From Macrostomum lignano (lineage: Eukaryota), in NCBI GenBank assembly GCA_002269645.1, contig NIVC01002474.1, positions 1 through 46,102 of the forward strand: a stretch of DNA of 46,102 nucleotides. Direction: 5' to 3'. Positions 1 through 10,536 of this stretch are shown here, piece after piece (positions within the stretch are counted from its first letter, which is position 1; the number at the start of each line of letters is the position of its first letter). The notes beneath the pieces were generated by a model, which had not been told where the DNA came from, searched no databases, and saw only the letters and a list, made by a program, of their open reading frames with translations. A program made the translations under genes and the position numbers.

Positions 1-96
1 ACATTAGGGAAAGCGTTTGTTTCATATTATCCATAAACGTAGGAGTGAATACAAAATGGTCTAATAAAAGTACATAGACGGAGGCATTTAACTCAC

Positions 97-3000
97 TTGT
101 AGTGCAATGTCTTTGTGACCCACTTCCAGATTTTTCTCACAATAGCGATGCCGCTTTGGTTTCGGCTTGCAGCACAACTGCAAACGACTTTGGATGTACA
201 GTTTTCGGCGACAGTTTTTCACGTAGCACTGGCGCACGGACACAGAACGCTTGCAGTGCTTGCTGCAGCCACCGATTTTAACTTTTGGCTTGCCGGCATG
301 TCGGCGGCACAAAATGCGCCGCTTGGTGACTCGTTTCACTTTCTTACAGCCGCCATGCTTGGAGCCGCTGGGGCGATAAGTCACCTTCGTTTTTACCATG
401 TCTTGCCGTTAATGGCGCACCCGGCGCGTTTGGAACCTCGCTGGCAATGGCAGAAGCGCAGCACTGTGCGTCGTTTGCGCACGCAACCGCAACCGCGGCG
501 TTTCGTCCATTCGATTGAGAACCGATTGTACCAAGCGCGGTGTCGCTTGAGCCCGCAGTGTCGCTTAGTGAGTCGACGCCGTACGTAGCGACGCGGACAG
601 TTGATGTGTTTGCGCCAGCGTCGGGTAGTGCAGCTGCACGTGGCGGCGCCGCGCTTGCTGTAGCAGGACTTGCGCGTGTAGACCAGGTCTCCGGCTTTAG
701 CGTCGCAGCGACGACTTTTGGTAGATTTCTTCGCACAATCTGGATGCGTCAGTGTATCGAAGTAAGTGTTTTAAAAGTGATTGCAAACAGCTTCTAAATA
801 CAAATGGCCGAAGATATTTTTATTAATACTTTCACTCACTGCAAGCAAACACTCGAACTACAGCGCGTCGTCGACATTTGCACCGATGCACCCAGTGTTT
901 GACTGTGGTCCTCTTTCGGCGAAAATTGCGACACTTAGTCCAGGAAACACTTCGACGTTTGCATCGGATTCTAGTGTGCTTCTTCGTTATTTTCAGCACG
1001 CACGTGCGCCTGCGAATCCATCTACGATGATGCAATCTCTTAACTATTTTAAGACGCCATTTGCGGATTTTGGTTGTCAGAACTGTGCCCTTGCGAGAAC
1101 AGCGCTGTCGACGAGTAGGCTTCGGACAGCGGCAAGGTTCCGTATACCTGAAATTAAAACGTGCGCTCGTAAAATCTATTATAATTAAATTTCAGTTAGC
1201 AACTTGCAAACTTCAGGACCGAACAGCTTCTTACCATACTTTCCGACGCTTTAGACAATGCCTCTTAACTAGTTTGCTGCGCGGATGCGACAAATGATAG
1301 GTGATCCGGTAAACCCGCCTCTTAATTCGCTCTGAAGTGCACTTCTCTTTCACAGTACGCGGCGGTCGACACATGCACAGCAATTGACGAATTCGTTTGC
1401 GGCGATGGCACCGACAGGCTACTCGACTGTAGCGCACGATCACAACTTTCTGTTTGGTGTGTCGGTTGCACTTGCTGGCTCGAGTCGAACCTTTCGGGCA
1501 GACAATTTTGCGCGAGACAATCCGCCTACGCTTGAGACACTTTCCGTGGGAGAGGCGCCAAAACTGTTTGATGTTTTGGACAACTCCCTTGGCTGCCTTG
1601 CAGCGCTTGTAGTGCTTCGGTCGAGGACAGCAGCACATTTTAGTGCGAATGATTCGCTTTGCTATTGCGCATTTGCAATTCTTCACTTCGTAGAGCAGAA
1701 TAACTCGATGCTTTTTGCAATCCTTTCTGCAGCGACCGATTCGTACTCGCTTTCGCTTGCATCGAACACTGACTCGAATCCGTTTGACCTTCTGCAAGCA
1801 GTGGCCCTTGAATAGATTGTGTTTAGTCAGCACAGTTACCATTGGTTTTCTAAGCAACGCTTTACTCTAGTCGGCTTTGGACAACAGCAAACGATGGGTT
1901 TGGATCGGGTAATTCGTTTGCAGCGGCATTTTTTCAACTGATACCAATTAGTGGTGATTTTTCCTTGACAGTCTGGCTTAGTTGGACACTTCTTTTCGCG
2001 CCAACGACGCTTAGGACATTCTAGATGGTTAGTAATAGTTTTGACGCGCTTGACGCAACGATTTTCGAGTCGCGAAATTTTCCAGCTAGTTCTGACTTCA
2101 AGCTTCCGCTCGTCACCTTTGCAGAACTTTTTTGTGTAACTCTTTGGACAGTCTGGCAGAAATTCGGATCAGGGAGTTTTATAGAATGACTGTTTTTTAA
2201 ATTAAAATTAAACAAAGATACTCGTATTTCTCAGCAACACTTACGACAGATGATCTTTCGTTTAACAGTGCGCTTTTTACAACTACACTTATGCCTTAGA
2301 GGCTTATAGGAAACGCAAACTTTGATCCGATAGCCGGTGCTTTTGTTGCATTTTCCCAACTTGCAACCGCCTCTTTTGCAAGCTGGAAAGGGGAATGAAT
2401 AACAATCTTTACTATTTAAAATAGAACATGCAATCGCAGTATTAGACTAAGAGGCTTTCGGTTACCAAGTCGACGAACGAGCACGACTTTCCTGCGACGC
2501 ACGCAGGCTCGTCTAGAAGCGATAAACACAGTCCATTTGCTCTCTCGTTTTGTCGCTCCGCTGCTCCGATCGCAATATACTCGACTGGTCGGGTTGCGCT
2601 TGCAACAGCAGCGAACTTTAATTACCTGGCGATGCTTGCGGCACTTGAAATGATCTCCGTGGCCAGATGAGGTGTACCAGGTCTTCACAATAGACTTGTG
2701 ACAGCTGGTCTTGCTGCATTTGGTTCGCTTAACTCGAGTGTTTGGACAACCTGACGGTGGATAATTTGATTTGAACAATTGGATAATATAAAAAAGCTAC
2801 AAGCTAATATTTAACATACATAAGCTTGGAATGAAACTTACTGCACAGCACTCGATGAGTGACTCGACGGTAAACTTTGCACCGACACTTTTTCGGTCGC
2901 CGTAGCACCTTCCGAACTGTTCGGTGCCGAGTCTTTTTATTACATTTGCTTCGGTAGATTGTGTTGCGACACTTGTGCAACCGGTGCAGCAATTTTTTGA

Positions 3001-6000
3001 CAACTTTAGTTTTACACTTGTAGGTGTCACGGTTAAACACTCGGCGCTTAGTGATTCTAACAACATCGCGATCATTCACGCATTTGACATTGGACCTAAC
3101 AGCTGGTCTGCAGCAGCAAGTTCGGTGGGTGATTTTGTGCCGAATAGCGCAACGGCAGCCCTTGGGTTTGTGTAAAATTTTTACAATTTTACGCTTGCAA
3201 GTGCGACGGCTACACGCTAGTACTCGAGTTTTAACATCGCGTCGACAGGTCAGTTGATGCCTCTTTGTGGTGACTCGCTTAACGCAACGACCATGACTGA
3301 GATGCCAGGTGATCTTACTCCGAAGCCACTGGTGCTTGGACCTGTCGCAGCGCACTGGCAGGCGTTTTGCTCGTGGACAACAGCAGACTTTACTGACACG
3401 CTTAACCCGACGTCGGCACCGGCAATGATGAACGTAGTGATCGATCTGCTTAACGACTCGACGGCAGGTGTGCCGATTGCACGATCCAACTTTCTTTTGC
3501 TTTACATGCTTAGAACAGCGAACGGGCGTTCGGACTGTGCTTCGTCGACGTACGCAAACGTGCTTCGAAGCATTGAATACGTAGTAGACTCGGGTGTGAA
3601 CCCAAGCCGCAGTGGCAGAGTCACAGCGTTTCGTTCGCTTAGGTCGCTGTAGACAGCAACAGGTGCGGTGGCGTCGCTTGATGGCTACTCGCCGACAGCG
3701 GCAATGAGGTCGGGAAACCTTGTACACTAGAGTGTGCAGCGGCTGTTTACAGGTAGTACGATCGCACCTGGGATGTTTTAGTATTTTTTATCATGTTGTA
3801 AGTTAAAATTGATGAGACAATACTTTGAAAATATGGGGCATGCGATGAATCTAGAAATCTTTAAAAGCATTCCCTCAAATACAAATTTTACGGAATCGAT
3901 ATTTAACTTACTTTCCTACTACAGTCTTCCGTTTGGCCTTGCAGTGCCAAGATCTTATTAATCGCAATTGTTTGATACGCACACAACGCCAGTTCCGAAG
4001 CCGCACTAGCGTCACTCGCTCGTAGATTGCGCTCCGACGACAGAATCGCTTTCGCTTTGTCTTGCCTCGACAGCAACAGACGCGCTTCTTTCCTGTGAGC
4101 CGGCTGATCTTACGGCACCGACATCCGTGAACCACGTGGTGAACCTTGCGCTGATGGCTGATGCATTTGTGTCGGTCGCAGGGCTGCCAAACAAGCTGGC
4201 GAAGCTTGGTGCACGCGACTGGGCGTGTCTTTCGCTTTAGCCAACGTTTGCAGCCGCACTTTTTGCCGCTCAAAACTCGATAGCCAACAGTCACTTGTTG
4301 CCAAGCTTTGCCGTCCTTGACGCAACGCTTTGGATGTTTCACAGTCTTTGGACAGCAGCAGGGGCATGCGATTCGCTTTACAACCGCATAGTAACACGAG
4401 CATCGCTTGCTGTCAAGTTTCAGCTTCATTGTGTAGATGTGGCGTTTCTTGCAACCAGTTTTCTTGCAAGCTGTGTATCTACGGCGGATCTTGTGTCGAC
4501 ACGTCACCCTCTGCTTGCGCCTTTTTACGCGTTTGTAACAGCGGCCGTGACGCAGAGCAAAGGATGTGGTCTCAGTAACCCAGGAACCAGCGCGACAAAG
4601 GCGTTTGCGTCCACCAGCTGGGCAGCGGCATCGAATGCGGCGAGTTACGTAGCGAACTGTTTTACAACGCTTTTTAGCGGAGTCCCAACGTCGAATCTGG
4701 GTGACGATTCGTCGAGTAAAGCCAGCCTTCGGGCACTTGTATTTGCGGGTTATTGTCTTGCAGTCTGAATGAGGTGCATAATAATGTTCTCATGAAAATA
4801 TGCTAATTAGATAGAAAAAATCGTGCGTACTATCGATAAAATTAAAAATACATAAAGCTTAAATGCGCAAGAAGTTTCACTTACGGCAGTTTCGTCTCTT
4901 CTTGACTCTTCGCTTAATGCATCGACAGCCCTTGCGAACTTCGTAGACTTTTGTCTCAACGTAGTGCTTATTCTTAATGCACTTTGTGACGCTATAGTGA
5001 GTCTTCTGGCTGCATGCTGTTAATAGAAGTAATTCGATTGTTAAAAAAGTATTTTGCAGTAACAAAACAGTTCTACAATTGACTTACAAACTCGATGGCT
5101 CTTGGTAGTTTTCTTTTTGATGCAACGCTCCTTCTTATGACTCCACGTTTGAGTATGCACTTCGGTCACTACTACGCCCTCAGCTCTGCGACAATAGCGT
5201 TTCCGGCGAACCTTGTGAGCGCATCCACATTTGCGCGATCGACGTTTAACTGCTCGCACGCAGGAGCACTTCCGCTTGACCGAGTAGTGCGTCAGCGTCA
5301 CTTGAATGCGTCGTTTAACGTCGCACTTTTTCTTCTCGGTGAACGATTGCGGACAGCTGTACGCCCGATATCTCTTCTGACGCTTGCGAACGCAGGAACC
5401 CTTCTTCAGCACGTAGCGATAGGTGACTGTCACTTTCAGGTTGCGATGTTTATCGCAATATTTTCTGCGGTCATGCTTGGCTTCTTTGTTCTCACGGTTG
5501 CAATCTGAGGAAAAAGTTGCTTTCATTCTGTATGATATCGTCTGTAGAGGTCAGATAACAATGACAATGTGCAGACTTACTGCACCGAAGTCGATTCTCT
5601 AGAGACCATTGCCTGACACAGCGGCATCCTTTCGGCTTCAAAATTCCAATGTAGACCAACTTCACTCCAGATTTTGGTTTGCAGACGCTCTTTCGTTTGA
5701 CGCTATGCGAGCAGGTCACTTGGCTGACCTTGACTCTGCGTCGCTTGACGCACTTTCCAGACTTCAACAGCCAGTAGGTGGTGCGAGTGACGTAAGCGCT
5801 CGACTCGTGATCGCAGTGGCGTTTTCCAACGATCGGCTTGGGGCATTCTGAAATAAAAGATTAGCTTAAATTAGCCGGAAAATCAACTACCGGTGCTGCA
5901 GTTGAATATTTAAAAGGAATTTTGCACTCACTGCAACGTCTTCGCGTGACTCGCTTTTTTTGCACGCATTTGCATCCCTTGCGCTTCCAATGCGTCACCG

Positions 6001-9000
6001 TGACGGTTAAAACACCAGTTTTCTTGTCGCACCGTTTAGTTCGTTTCGTCTTCCGTCGACAATGCACCGGAGTTCGAGTCTCTCGCACCCGTTGCACGCA
6101 GGTCCGGCAGCCGCGCAGTTTCCAGCTCACCTTCCTAGTGATCCACTCTCCGGTGACGCGATTGCAGCGTCGGCTCGTTTTAGTCGGATTGCATCGCTTG
6201 CGACAGGTTCGCTTGGCAACGGTTGACAGACAGCGGCAGTTCTTCACGTGCCAGCGATAGGTGGCGATATAGTAGTAGCCAGGCTTCGGATGCGGCAGAC
6301 GCTTCTTAATGGCGGTCCCCTCGCTATTGTGCTTGCATCGAATTCTGGAGGTCGTCGTGCGTCTCAAACGGACGCATTCGTGTTTGTCCTTGCTGAGCTT
6401 GGTGTAGGTGACTTGTTTGACGGAGTGCTTGTGCGAACGGCACCAAGTCTTTACGCGCTTGTTGCTGGTGCAGCAGCAAGGGAAATGGATGTGCTTAAAC
6501 ACCTGGAATAGTTTTGTTTGATGCTCCCATTGCTTATGAAATATGACGGGTACAACTTTCACGGGTGGCTAGATTAAAGTACATGACGTACCTTAGCATG
6601 ACAGTGCTTTCTCTTGTGATGTTTGTCTCCATCCCGCGACCATTTTGTAAAGTAAAAATACGTCTTAGTATAATGGCACTTGGAGCCACACTTCTTACTA
6701 TTGCAGCCAGTCTTCGGACATTTTGTCGTTTTGACGAAGTTGCCCTGCGGACAGCCGCACAACTCTTTGACGGTGCGCCGGACTTTCTCGCAGCTGCAGC
6801 TGCCCTTCTTTCGGCGATAATATTCGTAGCGGACTTTACGATAGCGTGAGACGCCTTTGCCACCTGAGTGATGACAGGGCCCGGCGTGTCGGTAGACACC
6901 GTGCAGGCAGTCTGCGTGAGTACGAATTCTAATTTAGTTTAGTTTGCAGAAAAGCTTGTAAATTGTACAGACAAACGGACAAAATACATACTTGCTCCAG
7001 ACAGGGATATACAGACAATCAGACATGATCATAGCCTGTTAGACATGCTCATTACCTGTTGGACAAGTTCATCACCTGTTAGAAGAATCATAGCCTGTTA
7101 GACAGGGTCATCACCTGTTAGACAGGGTCATCACCTGTTAGACAGGATCATCACCTGTTAGACAGGGTCATCACCTGTTAGACAGGGTCATCACCTGTTA
7201 GACAGGGTCATCACCTGTTAGACAGGATCATCACCTGTTAGACAGGATCATCACCTGTTAGACAGGGTCATCACCTGTTAGACAGGATCATCACCTGTTA
7301 GACAGGGTCATCACCTGTTAGACAGGATCATCACCTGTTAGACAGGGTCATCACCTGTTAGACAGGATCATTATCTGTTAAACAGGATCATCACCTGTTA
7401 GACAGGGTCATCACCTGCTAGACAGGATCATCACCTGTTAGACAGGATCATCACCTGTTAGACAGGGTCATCACCTGTTAGACAGGATCATCACCTGTTA
7501 GACAGGGTCATCACCTGTTAGACAGGGTCATCACCTGCTAGACAATATCATTATCTATGAAACCATCCAAAAATATTTGAAAATATTTACCATACAAGTA
7601 TTTTACAACTGTTTGGAATTAGATAGAGAATGCGATTTAAAGCTGTCTAAAATCTAGCAAAAAGTGCAAATCGAAACTCACGCAGTCTTGCCACTCGTTT
7701 CGACCGCCTCTTGACGCAGTCGCCATTTTTGAGGACGTACCAGATTTTCGTGAACACCTTAGCACCAGTGACTTTGTCGCATCGAGCCTCCTTTTTAGCT
7801 GGTGGACAAGCAACCCGGTACTTTCTGGTGGTTGTCTTCTTACGACACTTGTGATCTTCTAGCAGGTATTGCACCTTGATCAGCTTCTTCCAATAGCGAT
7901 CGACTCGCACAATTTTCTTGTAGCCCTTCGGACAACCTTTTAAAAATGTGAAAAAATTTTTTGTTTTTAAGAAAAAATCAGTGTTTCTAAGAAAAATTCA
8001 TTGTTTCTAAGAAAAAAATCAATGTTTCTAAGAAAAATTCGTTGTTTCTAAGAAAAAAAATCAATGTTTCTAAGAAAAATTCTTTGTTTCTAAGAAAAAT
8101 TCAAGCAGTTTTCAAAAACGACTACTAAAAACTGAAAATTAAAGATTTTTAAGAGGCAGGAGGCCTGGAGAACTTTGAGCGACATTGTTGCACAACCGGT
8201 GAAAGGCATTACTGCCAATTCTGCCGACTCCCCTGAGCAGGCACACACAAGCGCGCGGATACGTACGCCGTCATGCGCAGGGGCCATAACTTTATTTATC
8301 GTTAGGCATGTACACTTCACTGTGCCTTGGGAGTGGGCCCTCAAAGCCCTCAATTGCACGAGCAGAGCCAAGCCGAGATTCCAATTTAGCCCCAAATTAA
8401 TGCGACTGCACATGGAATCGAGCCTGGGCGGCTGGTGCACAGGATTTCCAAGGATACAGACTAGCTTCGACTTCGTTTCGTTTCGCATTTTCTATTTAGT
8501 GAAGACTTTGTGTCAGAGTTCGTCTACTGATGAGTAGAAAGTATAATGTAGAGCTAAATTTGGCATACGTCTGGCAAAAAAACAGGTCGAGTCGACAAAG
8601 CAAGACAGAATAGAAATATCTTTGCCAAACTCACAGCATTTTCCAACCAGCCGCTTAACAACTTTTTTACTGCACTTGCATCCACTGAGCTGGTAATAGC
8701 TGGAAATCTTGGTCGCTTTGCACGTCTTTCGTTGGCAAATCAGCTTTGCTTGGCGTCTCTTGGGGCAGTTAATCTTCCGTTTCACTTGGCGCACCCAACG
8801 AACGCATTTGTTGTTCTTGAGCCGCAATCCAGTTATTTTCTTAATCCGATAGCCGTTAGAGCAACTACGCTTTACGATGCGCTTCTTGCTACAATAGCAG
8901 AGCAGGTTATGCTCCTTGGCCAGCTTCCAGATGCATTTGCAGTTTCTCGCTTGCTTAGTGTACACCAGCTTCTTGCGATGTTTGCGTCCCGGCGCGCACT

Positions 9001-10536
9001 TCTTGAGAACGGTTCGTCTGCCCGAGCATTCTGTGATTAAAAAGGTAGAAGCGTAGATAGATTAAAAGGTAAATTACACATGGTGAGAGTGACTCTCTGA
9101 GAGAGACAATCTCTGTAACCTCGCTAATTGGGCCACATGTGCAACCGACAGCTCAGCCGCAGCTAATGCGCGGCACATCTGCAGGTTGCTAACGGCGGGG
9201 TCACCGCACACCCTCAATTATCCCCAGCTAATGCTGGCACCCATTTTACAGCTGGGTGAACTGAAGCAATGCAGAGTTAAGTTGCTCAAGGACACAAACT
9301 GTTCCAGTGCGATCGGGAATCGAACCCCCGACCTTCAAGTCGCGAGTCTGACGCTCTGACAACTAGGCTACAACCCCTGCCTTAATCTAATGCTTAAAAA
9401 AACAAAATTGTTATAATTATAAGCTCACTAATTTTCTTCACAACTTGTCGTCGGGTTATTCGCTTGCACTTGGTGCACTTCTCGGCGGCTTTGAACACCT
9501 TGGTGACGCGGACCAGTTCGGTGTGTTTCACGCATTTGCTGCTGCTGACAACCTTCAGCTGGCCAGAGGGAGGGCAGGGACACTTCTTGCTGACTCGAGT
9601 GACTCGACGCAGACAGCGGTGCTTGCCGTGGGTCTCTCGGTATTGCACAATGCGCTTGCCTGTTCGCACGCCTTTGCAGTAATTGCACGGCTGCAGCTTG
9701 GTCTTGGCTATGCTGGGACAGGCTGCAAATGAATGGGTTGATTGCGGCTGCTTAAAGCGTAACTTATCACCTTGGTGCTGGCGCCCCTTGGTGCTGGCGC
9801 CCCTTGGTGCTGGCGCCCCTTGGTGCTGGCGCCCCTTGGTGCTGGCGCCCCTTGGTGCTGGCGCCCCTTGGTGCTGGCGCCCCTTGGTGCTGGCGCCCCT
9901 TGGTGCTGGCGCCCCTTGGTGCTGGCGCCCCTTGGTGCTGGCGCCCCTTGGTGCTAAAGCCACTGGTGCTAAAGCCCCTGGTGCTAAAGCCCCTGCTGCT
10001 AAAGCCACTGGTGCTAAAGCCCCTGGTGCTAAAGCCCCTGGTGCTAAAGCCCTTGGTGCTAAAGCCCCTGGTGCTAAAGCCCTTGGTGCTAAAGCCCCTG
10101 GTGCTAAAGCCCCTGCTGCTAAAGCCACTGGTGCTAAAGCCCCTGGTGCTAAAGCCCCTGCTGCTAAAGCCACTGGTGCTAAAGCCCCTGCTGCTAAAGC
10201 CACTGGTGCTAAAGCCCCTGGTGCTAAAGCCCCTGCTGCTAAAGCCACTGGTGCTAAAGCCCCTGGTGCTAAAGCCACTGGTGCTAAAGCCCCTGGTGCT
10301 AAAGCCTATTCACCAGCCATTCACAAAGCCCGATCACCCGATCAGCAATAATCAGTTTTGTTCTATGTAAAAAAGGTGTCCACAGAACACGAACTCACCC
10401 CCGCACGGTTCGTAGCGGACTACAGTGCTCTTGATGCACTTGCCGTGCGGACCGGGCAGATAACGAATCGATTTTATTATTCGATTTTTGTACCGCGTGG
10501 AGCACTTGGACTCGATCCGGCGCTTGTTTGGGCAGC
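97..10536 (-). CDS. Exons 5-20: array of roughly 45-50 cationic Cys-rich modules of about 45 aa
   Basis: Two recurring alternating motifs: CP-x6-8-C-...-W/Y-x-L-x2-3-G-x-C-x-K/R-R-...-C and C-...-C-...-GCxC-x10-11-CCC. K+R was 21 of 70 residues in a counted sample, with very few D/E. Most introns are phase 1, just before a module-opening Cys. Confidence 0.8.

Noticed and set aside
370-1838. Tiny introns (29 nt and 71 nt) that could bypass the two frameshifts
   Set aside because: GT...AG pairs exist, but they have poor pyrimidine tracts and would remove sequence that fits the module pattern; a missing G is more parsimonious. Not fully excluded without cDNA.
115-9040. Many plus-strand Ala/Leu/Phe-rich ORFs (e.g. 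115-588, 1384-1815, 4295-4768, 5095-5508, 8732-9040)
   Set aside because: Antisense shadows of the K/R/C-rich exons; they track exon limits and have no motifs or splice structure of their own.
9300-9377. tRNA-like sequence (also 22760-22824 and 40844-40905)
   Set aside because: No acceptor stem, the anticodon loop differs between copies (CGC vs GAC), and each is fused to a shared SINE body.
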